A stretch of 62,223 bases of DNA, taken from a virus. Taxonomy: Duplodnaviria > Caudoviricetes. A program made the translations under genes and the position numbers. Location: IMG/VR virus record IMGVR_UViG_3300009507_002699, positions 1-62,223 of that record. One strand, 5' to 3'. Position 1 is the stretch's first letter, and each line of letters opens with the position of its first letter. Below, piece after piece: positions 1 to 9,015 of this stretch. Below the pieces are notes generated by a model that saw only the letters and a list, made by a program, of their open reading frames with translations, searched no databases and had not been told where the DNA came from.

Positions 1-377
1 CTAACATTAATAATACCATTATAGTATTCATCTGTTTCAAGCACACGCCTATCAAACTGTTCTCTTGCCTCTATGTAGGACATTTCGCCCCTACCTTTAC
101 ATAGGTATAATATTTCTCTTGTAAACTTGTCTTCGCCTAGTTGTGCAACATCTGCGTTTAGTCTATCACTGGATCCCCAGTAATCACGCCAGTCGCTTTC
201 TTTAGTGCCGCGTCTTTTATTTTTCTTGCCTTTGAGTGGTGGCTTAGTAGTTTTAAATTTTGCTAGTTTTTTGCCTATGTATTTTTGGCCTGTAGTGGTA
301 TTGGTAATAAGATAAACAAAGCCTTCGTACTCATCTGGTATTTCATCTATTGTTTTTCCGTCATAAGTCCACTGCAT
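1..377 (-). CDS. GIY-YIG family endonuclease (Seg-like), truncated at window edge
   Basis: Not in the ORF track because no stop lies inside the window. Manual translation from ATG at 377 gives MQWTYDGKTIDEIPDEYEGFVYLITNTTTGQKYIGKK...DWRDYWGSS...FTREIL...YYNGIINV, with the GFVY-x9-YIG motif. Confidence 0.8.
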   Translation of the reverse strand, partial: MQWTYDGKTIDEIPDEYEGFVYLITNTTTGQKYIGKKLAKFKTTKPPLKGKKNKRRGTKESDWRDYWGSSDRLNADVAQLGEDKFTREILYLCKGRGEMSYIEAREQFDRRVLETDEYYNGIINV

Positions 378-398
378 GAACTTACTTACCTATGCCTA

Positions 399-593
399 TT
401 ATTTGTCTGCCTCTATTTTGGTTTTGAACTTGTTATTAATCTCATCCATACGTAATTTACTCAATTTACGTATTTCTCTGAGCCATTTCCGGCTTGCTCT
501 GTGGGTTCTGTACGATACACGGTTTTCAAAAGTTTCATTTGCTTTGAAATACTCCATATATGCTTTTGTTAATAGATCGTGCGTATCATCCAT
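399..593 (-). CDS. small hypothetical protein
   Basis: 64-aa ORF overlapping the end of the SufE-like gene and continuing the operon. No motif recognised. Confidence 0.6.
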   Translation of the reverse strand: MDDTHDLLTKAYMEYFKANETFENRVSYRTHRASRKWLREIRKLSKLRMDEINNKFKTKIEADK

Positions 594-990
594 GTTTTGC
601 TATACCTATGATTCTCTCAATTAAACTACCAAATCCTACTTGTCTTTGCATTGTTAGTAATTCTCTTATACCTAATGGTTTAAAACTGTCTAAAGTTAAG
701 TGTGCTATTGAACTTTTGTGTTCTCCGTTCACTAGATCAACAATAACTTTAGCAGTTCCTTTTGTAATCCAAGCATCACCGTCGTGTTTGTATTCTACAG
801 TACCGTCTTTGTTCTGTTTTCCAGTCACCCATAAATTACTTGCACATCCTCTTATTTTATTTTCTTCAATTTTGTCCTTTTCATTCAAAGGTTCAACTTC
901 TCTTGCTAGATCAACCAAGTACTGTAGCCTATCATGTCCTTGTAACATAGCAAGTTCATCACCACGTGCTTTGATTTTATCTAAAATCAT
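586..990 (-). CDS. sufE: SufE-family Fe-S cluster sulfur-acceptor protein
   Basis: 134 aa with RLQYLVDLAR, NKIRGCASNLW (conserved Cys in the GC-S-x-W motif), DGDAWITKG and LLTMQRQVG, matching the SufE/CsdE pattern. Confidence 0.85.
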   Translation of the reverse strand: MILDKIKARGDELAMLQGHDRLQYLVDLAREVEPLNEKDKIEENKIRGCASNLWVTGKQNKDGTVEYKHDGDAWITKGTAKVIVDLVNGEHKSSIAHLTLDSFKPLGIRELLTMQRQVGFGSLIERIIGIAKHG

Positions 991-2762
991 TAATCTACAA
1001 TCTCTATGTCATTTTCATAACTAGTAAAGCCATTTTCTTTTACAACTTTCATTAAATGATTAACTCTACCAATTAATTCGTCTTTGTGTGAGATAAGGAA
1101 AACATTTTTATGTCGTTCTCTACCCATCTTTTTAAGAACTGCTAATGCTCCTTCAACTCCTGCTGTGTCCATACCACTATCAATCAACTCATCAATAAAC
1201 AACAAGTTGATGTTTTGATATAAACTTTCCCAAACATCTCTAAATGCAAAACTCATGCCAAGGATAAGTCTGTTGCGTTCACCCCTTGACAAGTTATCAA
1301 AGTCTAAGTCTTGACCTAGTTGTGTAATTTCAACATTTAAGTCATTCATAAACACAACTTGATGTGGCAATCCTAGTTTATCTAAGTAATATGTAAGTCT
1401 GTTGTTTAAGTATGCTAAGTTTTGATCGATAATCTTTTTACGAATAAAACTATCCTTGTTAGTTAATAGTTTTAACAAGAACTCTTGATGGTCTTTAAAA
1501 TTTGTTAGGTCATTAATAGCAGACCAATCAACTTCTTGCATAGCAGTATTGTTTAATTCATCAATTTGTTGTTGATAAGGATCAATTTCTGCTTTTTTAT
1601 TTTCAAGTGCTGTCTTAAGACTATCAACGTTTTGTCTATGCTCGTATGCTTCTTTTGCTGTTTCGTAATATGTTGTAGGTTTGCCATTGATATCACCAAT
1701 ATCTTCAAGTCCTTTTGTAACATCATCTACTTTTTTAGCAATCTCTGATCGATAGTCAATTGCTTCATCTAGTTCTTTTTCTTTACGTGCTTCGAGTTCT
1801 GCTTTTTTATCTGCATGTAGTTCCTGTCCGCAAGTATAACATGTAGCATCTTCAAGATTTGTAATATCTTTAGTTGCTTTCTCTACAGACTTCTCTGCAC
1901 GTACTAATGCTGGTTCCAAAGTACTAAGTTCTTTTTTAAGAGCCAAAATAGCATTGTTGTGTTCATTCCAATTTTGTAATTTTTCGTGTGCATCTAATTC
2001 AACATTAACATCTAAGTGTTCTAATTCATCAATTGCACTAGTTAATTTGTCTACGTCTTGTTGCTTTTTAGAAAGCCAAGCACGTTGAGTACCCTGCAAG
2101 TTTGTAATAGTATCTTCAATTTTACTATTTGAACTTTGTATTGCTTCAATCTTTAACGTTTCTTGTGTAATAGTATCTTTAGTTTGACGTACTTGATCTT
2201 TTAGTGCATCGGCTTTTTCGCTAAGGATAGTAATACCTAATAACTGTTCAATAATAGCACGTTGATCGTTTTGTCTCATACTTAGAAACGGTTCGGTATA
2301 GGTATTTAGAGCAACAACGTGTTTGAACATATCATGACTCATACCTAACAATGTGTTTATTGCTTCTTGAGTTTTGCGACTGTCACCTTGCGACTCGTCT
2401 ACCTGCTCTTGTTCTTGATTATTAATGTAAAACTTTAGTACATTAGGCGAACGACCACGTTCAATACGATAGTCAATTCCATCCTTTTCAAAATCAAGAG
2501 AAACCAACATACCTTTGCTGTTGGTCTTATTAATTAAGTTATTGCGTTTGATGTTTGTTAACGCTACGCCATACAATGCATAACTTAGAGCATTAATGAT
2601 AGTAGTTTTACCTGTACCATTTCTTGATCCGTTATCATCGCCACCTTGATCTAAGTTTTCACCTAGTACAAGTGTTAATTGTTCTTTGTTAAAGTCAACA
2701 GCCTGAGTTTGGTTGCCCACACTCATAAAGTTTTTTACGGTTAGGTCTTTAATACGTATCAT
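990..2762 (-). CDS. gp46: recombination endonuclease ATPase subunit (T4 gp46 / Rad50 / SbcC-like)
   Basis: Walker A NGTGKTT, coiled coil with CYTC zinc hook, signature LSRGE, Walker B LLFIDE and H-loop ISH. Confidence 0.95.
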   Translation of the reverse strand: MIRIKDLTVKNFMSVGNQTQAVDFNKEQLTLVLGENLDQGGDDNGSRNGTGKTTIINALSYALYGVALTNIKRNNLINKTNSKGMLVSLDFEKDGIDYRIERGRSPNVLKFYINNQEQEQVDESQGDSRKTQEAINTLLGMSHDMFKHVVALNTYTEPFLSMRQNDQRAIIEQLLGITILSEKADALKDQVRQTKDTITQETLKIEAIQSSNSKIEDTITNLQGTQRAWLSKKQQDVDKLTSAIDELEHLDVNVELDAHEKLQNWNEHNNAILALKKELSTLEPALVRAEKSVEKATKDITNLEDATCYTCGQELHADKKAELEARKEKELDEAIDYRSEIAKKVDDVTKGLEDIGDINGKPTTYYETAKEAYEHRQNVDSLKTALENKKAEIDPYQQQIDELNNTAMQEVDWSAINDLTNFKDHQEFLLKLLTNKDSFIRKKIIDQNLAYLNNRLTYYLDKLGLPHQVVFMNDLNVEITQLGQDLDFDNLSRGERNRLILGMSFAFRDVWESLYQNINLLFIDELIDSGMDTAGVEGALAVLKKMGRERHKNVFLISHKDELIGRVNHLMKVVKENGFTSYENDIEIVD

Positions 2763-3769
2763 AGTTCGTTATAGATGTCCAATAGCATTTTCTTGTTAAA
2801 GTTATCTGAGTCGATTACAGTAATTTCTTTAGATACAATTTCGTCAACACTTTCAAATGTTGAAATATCTAAGTCTGTACTAATTTCTTCGACTTGTTTT
2901 TGCGGGATTAATGTAATCTCTCTACAACCGTGTTGTGAGATATACGTTTCTTTAATAAATTGTGCTTCTTCATAACTAATTGGAACATCAATAGTAACAC
3001 GTAGATACATATTACTTTTAATAATGTCTTGATTAGGGTCAAGAAGTTTGCTAAGTGTGGTTGTTCTGTACTTAGGACAATCTTCCCAGTTTAGGTATTC
3101 AGGCTCTTTGTTGTTTTCTCTGTCAAGTATCATCATTCCTCTTGCATCATCCCATGCATCTGCATAGTTGTGAGGAAATGCATTACCTAAGTAATGTACT
3201 TTGCCTTGTTTTTGTCGTTTATGAAAATGACCACTAAACACATATTCTTGGTGTTCAAAGTGTTCTGCTCGTAGTTCTCCATGATCTGGCATCTGTACCA
3301 TTGCATTCATGTAAAAACTTGGAAGTTCAAAATGACCAAACATGTATTTGCTTTTAATGTCTTTAATTTTACGCCATTCGTCGCCTACTAACCAAGGAAT
3401 CAGTGCAACATCTTCTTCTTGATATATTTCGTCAATGAATGTAATACCCGGAATGTATGTAGCAAACGCAGTTGAGTTTACATCACGCTTATCTTTGTAA
3501 TATAAATCATGGTTACCGTCAAAAAAGTAAAACTTTTCAAATGAACTACCTAATTTCTCCATACAACGTATTGTTGCATCCATGGTTGTAAGATTAAGAC
3601 TGTTTCTATTATGATGCCAGTCGCCACAAAAAATTCCTGTTTCGCATCCATTGGCTTTTGCTTGTGCAATATACCAATCTATGAAACGTTCACAATCATC
3701 GTTATGTACTTTACTATTGCCTTTTAAGCCAAGATGAATATCAGTAAAGACTGCCGCTTTCTTAAACAA
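2759..3769 (-). CDS. gp47: recombination endonuclease nuclease subunit (T4 gp47 / Mre11 / SbcD-like)
   Basis: Metallophosphoesterase motifs DIHLG, GDWHH, GNHD, GHFE and SGHFH. Adjacent to gp46. TTG start with AAGGA RBS. Confidence 0.95.
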   Translation of the reverse strand: MFKKAAVFTDIHLGLKGNSKVHNDDCERFIDWYIAQAKANGCETGIFCGDWHHNRNSLNLTTMDATIRCMEKLGSSFEKFYFFDGNHDLYYKDKRDVNSTAFATYIPGITFIDEIYQEEDVALIPWLVGDEWRKIKDIKSKYMFGHFELPSFYMNAMVQMPDHGELRAEHFEHQEYVFSGHFHKRQKQGKVHYLGNAFPHNYADAWDDARGMMILDRENNKEPEYLNWEDCPKYRTTTLSKLLDPNQDIIKSNMYLRVTIDVPISYEEAQFIKETYISQHGCREITLIPQKQVEEISTDLDISTFESVDEIVSKEITVIDSDNFNKKMLLDIYNEL

Positions 3770-3796
3770 ATTAAAATCCTTATTTTATACTGTTAA

Positions 3797-3825
3797 ATTA
3801 TATACTAAAAATGTACATGTGTCAA
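3797..3825 (-). promoter_or_regulatory. sigma70-type promoter for the gp47-gp46-sufE operon
   Basis: Minus strand TTGACA (3825-3820), 17 bp spacer, TATAAT (3802-3797). Perfect consensus in the intergenic gap. Confidence 0.85.
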
Positions 3826-3836
3826 CCACAATTTAA

Positions 3837-4667
3837 TTATTTTTTAGCATTAAGTTCTTCTTGTCTTTTCTGTGATGCTTCCCATTCTCCAGCATGTTGT
3901 CTAGTATAACTTGGATTCATATTATTCATTTCTAAAATATCGTCTCTAATATTTTGATTACGCTTTTCTAGGTTAATAACACGTACAAATGAGTTTGTAA
4001 CCGCCGCTGTATAGTATGCAAATGGATTTTGTGACTTAGATTCGTCAAATTGTAGTCCAATTTGTGCTAATTGTAGTATTGCTTGTCCGCGCATTTCGTC
4101 ATTGTAGGTGTATCCACGTACATTACCGCGTGTTGCATATCTATCACATAACTTCATCCACATCATAGCAAGTTTATTAGTTGCTTTACCGTGTGATTTG
4201 CTAAATCCGCCATTTTCCATGCCACCTTCCCAATGACTTTTACCTACACATACTAATTCACCGTCATCATTAAACTTAAAGTGCTGAAATGGTGGAAAAT
4301 TTAACTTTACTCTAGTATCTGCTACTGTTTTTGGGTTCTTTTTACGTCCAGGCTCTTCAGGAATATGATCAAATGTCATAATTCTAAAAATTAATTCTTC
4401 TTTTGTAATTTTTCTATAGTCTACTTCACATTCGGCTTGTTTTATCTTTTCACCTGCCGCTTTTCTAGTCTCAAATGCTAATTGACTTTGTTTTTTTGCC
4501 TTATTTCGCTTTGCTTCTGCTATAGTGCGTATGTTGATTTTGTCAATATCGGTTAAAATTATGTCAAAATTAGCATACTCGTCGTCCATATAACTACAAA
4601 ATGTACTTTTGGACTTGTGTATCTCTTTTAAGATATCTTTGTTGTTTAAGTAATTTACTTTTCTCAT
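3837..4667 (-). CDS. gp55: late-transcription sigma factor (T4 gp55-like)
   Basis: NYLNNKDIL N-terminus, GYTYNDEM and FDESKSQNPFAYYT motifs typical of gp55. gp55-gp47-gp46 synteny as in T4-like phages. Confidence 0.9.
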   Translation of the reverse strand: MRKVNYLNNKDILKEIHKSKSTFCSYMDDEYANFDIILTDIDKINIRTIAEAKRNKAKKQSQLAFETRKAAGEKIKQAECEVDYRKITKEELIFRIMTFDHIPEEPGRKKNPKTVADTRVKLNFPPFQHFKFNDDGELVCVGKSHWEGGMENGGFSKSHGKATNKLAMMWMKLCDRYATRGNVRGYTYNDEMRGQAILQLAQIGLQFDESKSQNPFAYYTAAVTNSFVRVINLEKRNQNIRDDILEMNNMNPSYTRQHAGEWEASQKRQEELNAKK

Positions 4668-4697
4668 TAGGGCTCCAGTTTTTAAAGTATTACATAC

Positions 4698-4726
4698 ATT
4701 ATAATATACGTAGTTAAAAAAGTCAA
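4698..4726 (-). promoter_or_regulatory. sigma70-type promoter for gp55
   Basis: Minus strand TTGACT (4726-4721), 17 bp spacer, TATAAT (4703-4698). GGAG RBS upstream of the ATG at 4667. Confidence 0.8.
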
Positions 4727-4733
4727 CTAAATA
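4726..4733 (+). promoter_or_regulatory. putative T4-type late promoter (ACTAAATA variant)
   Basis: TAAATA core upstream of the first structural gene, followed by AGGAG RBS and ATG at 4761. Confidence 0.5.
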
Positions 4734-4760
4734 ATACTATAAAGTTTAACAGGAGTAATA

Positions 4761-5603
4761 ATGGCCGCTAACCGATATCAACGTAATCCACACATTGATC
4801 ATGCCTATGATGAATTTGGTACTGTTCAAAGCACAATCAAGGAAAAAGCAAAAAGAATTATTGCTCATCCACATGATGCAGGTGAATATGCATCTTCTGT
4901 TCGCAGGGGGCCTTTACCACATGATGGTGTTCCTGTTTCAAAAACAACATCAGAAGCAAAAGTTGTTGATAAAGCCGCTGACAATGATTGGCGTGTAAGT
5001 ATTTCTATTCCTCCGGTGATCAAAGAACTTGAGTCGACATTAATTAATCCTTTAATTGACTCAGGTGAACGAATGATATTTCCTTTTACTCCGTCTGTAA
5101 TCTTTTCACACAGTGCATCTTATAGTTCGATGCAACCTGTACATACTAATTATCCTTTTTACAATTATCAGAATTCCGCTGTGGACGCTATAACAGTTTC
5201 AGGTGATTTTTTTATTGAAACAAACGCAGATGCAGAATATTGGGTAGCGGCAGTTACGTTTTTACGTACACTAACCAAAATGTTTTATGGAGACAACGGA
5301 TCTAATACAGGCAATCCACCTCCAATTGTAAAATTCAATGGATATGGAGAATATGTTTTTAAAAATGTTCCTTGTGTAGTAACAAGTTTTAACGTTGACT
5401 TACCACAAGATGTTGATTATATGAAAACAACTATTTCAGGAGCCGAAGCAGGCGAAACTGAAGGCGCACCAGGTACATGGGTACCAACACAAAGTTTAAT
5501 GGCTGTAACATTACAACCTGTTTACAGTAGATCGCATGTTGAACAATTTAGCCTTAATGATTTTATAAATGGAAACTTAATTAGCACGAGAGGATTTGTA
5601 TAA
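4761..5603 (+). CDS. baseplate / tail-tube initiator protein (gp48/gp54-like, CIS tube family)
   Basis: FPFTPSV, GNPPPIVKFNGYG, NVPCVVTSF and VPTQS motifs. First gene of the baseplate cluster. Confidence 0.65.
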   Translation: MAANRYQRNPHIDHAYDEFGTVQSTIKEKAKRIIAHPHDAGEYASSVRRGPLPHDGVPVSKTTSEAKVVDKAADNDWRVSISIPPVIKELESTLINPLIDSGERMIFPFTPSVIFSHSASYSSMQPVHTNYPFYNYQNSAVDAITVSGDFFIETNADAEYWVAAVTFLRTLTKMFYGDNGSNTGNPPPIVKFNGYGEYVFKNVPCVVTSFNVDLPQDVDYMKTTISGAEAGETEGAPGTWVPTQSLMAVTLQPVYSRSHVEQFSLNDFINGNLISTRGFV

Positions 5604-5908
5604 TGTCAGCATCATATAATAAGTCTAGTCCTTGGGCAAATACATCTATTGTTGATAACAAATATTTAGGAAATTTTCAAATACGTCCTGTTCCTGCAGA
5701 AGCAGATGATTTTTTATATACGATAGAAACACAGTATACACATAGACCAGATTTACTTGCATACGATTTGTATGGTAATAGTAAGTTGTGGTGGGTATTT
5801 GCACAACGTAATATGGATACAATAAAAGATCCTGTATTTGACATGGTAGCAGGAGTACAAATATTCATACCAAAAGGTCCTTCACTAAGAAACGTACTAG
5901 GAGTATAA
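5603..5908 (+). CDS. gp53: baseplate wedge protein gp53-like (LysM-related)
   Basis: RPDLLAYDLYGNSKLWWVFAQRN and IFIP motifs, 101 aa, baseplate context. Confidence 0.8.
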   Translation: MSASYNKSSPWANTSIVDNKYLGNFQIRPVPAEADDFLYTIETQYTHRPDLLAYDLYGNSKLWWVFAQRNMDTIKDPVFDMVAGVQIFIPKGPSLRNVLGV

Positions 5909-5909
5909 A

Positions 5910-8900
5910 TTGAATTTTAGATCGCTAGTCAATAAAGTGTCTAACAAGTTTGCACAAATAAGTTCGGCTGTTCCAGATATTGCAGGAGAATTGCAAGGAC
6001 AACTTAACAATACTTTGAATCAATTCAAAGTAGAAGGGGTAGATGAAGCCTTAGGAAAAATACAAGGGTTTACATCTTCTGCAAAAGACGGAAGTTTATT
6101 TGCATCAATGCATCCTAAAGAATTTAAAAGTAACTTACGAGCAAAACCAGGTCCGATTGGATTCACAACTAAAGCAGGACAAATGGTACCAGGAGAATCT
6201 CAACCACCTTGGCCTAATGAATTAGAAAATTTTGCAAGTATGAACTGTATTATTACACTTGCGGCATTAAGTCATAAAGAAATTTCCGATCCTGATAACA
6301 CTTATCGTAAAACCGGCTTGAATAATATTGTATGCCAAAGTGGTGGTGGCGCAGGTTCTAAGAAACAAAAAACACAAGTTGAAAAGGCTCTAGGTAGTAA
6401 TGTAGAATTTTTTATTGACAACTTAGATGTTGGTGCAAATATCACACCAAGTTTATCTTATGGTACAAATAGTAATGTAACAAAAATTACTTTTGATGTA
6501 ATGGAACCATATAGTATGGGACTGTTTTATCAAGCATTAAGTGTTGCCGCGGCAAAGGCAGGCTTTATGGATTATACAACAGCATGTTTTTGTTTACAAT
6601 TAGATTTTAAAGGTTGGACAGTTGACGGAACACAAGTAGATGTACCATATGCAAGAAGACTTATTCCAATTTCACTTACAACTTCACAATTTTCAGTTAA
6701 TGAAGGCGGTTCAACATATCAAGTCGAAGCCATTGCATGGAATGAACGTGCATTGCGTGATAGTGTGCAACAGGTTAAAACAGATATTGCAGTTACAGGT
6801 AGAACTGTTAGAGAAATTTTACAAACAGGTGGAAAAAGTGTAACAGGCATTATGAATAATAGATTACTTGAAATGCAAGAAGCAGATCAAGTTTCAGTTG
6901 CAGATCAATTTGTAATTATTTTTCCAAAAGAAGGAGCATCTACTTTTAGTCCTACAGCAAATGCAGAAACAAATAATTCTGCAACAGTGAATCCTAGTTC
7001 ATTTAACGAAGGTGCTGAAGGCGATATAATAGACGTCGACGAAACTAAAGAACATGTAACTAATCCAAAAATTTTAGAAGCATATTGGAAAAGTATAGGC
7101 GGCAGTGACGAACCAGTGCCAGAAGATTTTGATGAGTATCTTGCAACAATGTCAGGCAATGTAAAAAATGCAGGCAGACTAGATAACATACTTAAAAAAT
7201 ATGCCTCAAGTTCATTTAGCCAAAATGAAATTGGTGCATCAAAAATGCTTGACAGTCCTTTTGAAGGTGGCGCACAACCAATGCCTGAACCAAAAAATGT
7301 TCAAGGGGGTGGTATCGACGGATTTGTTGCTAGAAAAGCACAAGTTCAAGCAACCAATGAACAAATTGCAAAAGATAATGAAGAATTAAAAAAGAAAAAC
7401 GAAGAGTTCCAAGCAAAGTATCCTATATTTGCTCGTGCAGGATCTAATATGAAACTTAACGGCGAAGTTCGTACTTATAAATTTAGTGCAGGCACACGAC
7501 TACAAGAAATTATTGAGGAAGTTTTAATTACTAGTATGTATGGTAGAGAACTTGCTCAACAATTAAGAGATGTTAAAGATCCGTTTGGATATATTAAATG
7601 GTATAGAGTAGAAACAGATGTTTATACAGTTCCTACTAATAGTGAAATAGCAAAAACAGGAAGAGTGCCCTCTGTATACACTTATAGGATTGTTCCTTAC
7701 TATGTACACCATAGTGTGTTTTCTGCTCCAACTACTGCAAGTAAAGGAGTACCAGAATTAAAAGCACAAGCGGCAAAAGAATACAATTATATCTATACAG
7801 GTAAAAACAAAGATATATTAGAGTTTGAAATTGCTTACAACAAAAGTTTTATCTATCCAATAACAGCAGATAGAGGTTCGTCAACTGCGGCACAATCAAC
7901 AGGAGCGGCAGGAACACAAACAACAGGTGGCAAAGAGCCATCGTACAAAACCAACGATGGACCAAACGGATTATCGTCAGGAGAACCTGCGGCAAAACAA
8001 TCAGAAATTGTAAACACAAGATCTGGTAATTCTGGCGGCTCTGGATTTGATAACTCTGAAATTGGAATTGCTAGAATGTTTAACGATAGACTTATGAATT
8101 CTTTAGTTGACATGGTAAAAATTAATATGACTATTATGGGAGATCCGTTTTATTTGTCAGACAACGGTGTAGGCAATTATCATGCTGAAGAAACATCGTA
8201 TATTAATATGACTAAAGACGGACATGCAAATTATAACAATGGAGAACTACATGTAAACATATTATTTAGAACTCCGATAGACTTTGATCCAGACAAAGGA
8301 GATTATATATTTCCTGAAGAATTAATTATTGTGGATACGTTTAGTGGTCTTTATCGTGTTAATTTTGTTAATCATTTAATTAACAATAATTCATACACTA
8401 CAGTTTTACAAATGACTAGAGTAAGAGCACAAACTGAACAGACCCAAACACAGAATCTTGGAGCATTTATTGAAACTACTAAAGCAAGCGAATCAATGAA
8501 TGAGAAAGCAGTTGACTATGCTAAAAAAGTTTCTGATGCGGCAATCACAACAGGTGCTACTGAAAACTTGCAAGCATATAAAAAAGAAGTTGAATTATTA
8601 TTGCCTGGATACGAAGGTTTAAATGAACTTGTTTCACAGCAAGCACAGTCGTTAGGTTTACCAGCATTAGATGCATTTGGTAGAATAGGTGCTTCGTTAA
8701 AAACCATACAAGAACAAATTGGTATTGCAGACCTAGGAAAAATTGGATCAGAATTTAATAATTTAAAAAATGCCGCCACAACCTTCGCCTCAGAAACACT
8801 AAGTCAGGTAAATTTAAGTGGGAGTGATGTTTTAGGAAAATTTGGAACAACAGTAACAAACACAGTAGGAAACATATCCGGCTTACAAAAAATTGCTAAT

Positions 8901-9014
8901 ACAGCACCAACAGTAAATATGACTATTCCAAATAATTTAGAAGCAGTAGCGACGGCAAATGCAACTAAATTAGCAAAGTTGAATAGAGATTTAAAAAATA
9001 TAGGACCAACATAA
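5910..9014 (+). CDS. probable baseplate hub protein
   Basis: 1034 aa between gp53 and gp5. INMTIMGDPFYL and FSGLYRVNFVNH...LQMTR resemble the C-terminal region of hub proteins. The TTG start is uncertain. Confidence 0.55.
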   Translation: MNFRSLVNKVSNKFAQISSAVPDIAGELQGQLNNTLNQFKVEGVDEALGKIQGFTSSAKDGSLFASMHPKEFKSNLRAKPGPIGFTTKAGQMVPGESQPPWPNELENFASMNCIITLAALSHKEISDPDNTYRKTGLNNIVCQSGGGAGSKKQKTQVEKALGSNVEFFIDNLDVGANITPSLSYGTNSNVTKITFDVMEPYSMGLFYQALSVAAAKAGFMDYTTACFCLQLDFKGWTVDGTQVDVPYARRLIPISLTTSQFSVNEGGSTYQVEAIAWNERALRDSVQQVKTDIAVTGRTVREILQTGGKSVTGIMNNRLLEMQEADQVSVADQFVIIFPKEGASTFSPTANAETNNSATVNPSSFNEGAEGDIIDVDETKEHVTNPKILEAYWKSIGGSDEPVPEDFDEYLATMSGNVKNAGRLDNILKKYASSSFSQNEIGASKMLDSPFEGGAQPMPEPKNVQGGGIDGFVARKAQVQATNEQIAKDNEELKKKNEEFQAKYPIFARAGSNMKLNGEVRTYKFSAGTRLQEIIEEVLITSMYGRELAQQLRDVKDPFGYIKWYRVETDVYTVPTNSEIAKTGRVPSVYTYRIVPYYVHHSVFSAPTTASKGVPELKAQAAKEYNYIYTGKNKDILEFEIAYNKSFIYPITADRGSSTAAQSTGAAGTQTTGGKEPSYKTNDGPNGLSSGEPAAKQSEIVNTRSGNSGGSGFDNSEIGIARMFNDRLMNSLVDMVKINMTIMGDPFYLSDNGVGNYHAEETSYINMTKDGHANYNNGELHVNILFRTPIDFDPDKGDYIFPEELIIVDTFSGLYRVNFVNHLINNNSYTTVLQMTRVRAQTEQTQTQNLGAFIETTKASESMNEKAVDYAKKVSDAAITTGATENLQAYKKEVELLLPGYEGLNELVSQQAQSLGLPALDAFGRIGASLKTIQEQIGIADLGKIGSEFNNLKNAATTFASETLSQVNLSGSDVLGKFGTTVTNTVGNISGLQKIANTAPTVNMTIPNNLEAVATANATKLAKLNRDLKNIGPT

Positions 9015-9015
9015 A

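Noticed and set aside
5904-5911. TATAAATT as a late promoter for the hub gene
   Set aside because: It overlaps both the gp53 stop and the proposed TTG start, so it cannot serve that start and may be a chance AT-rich match.
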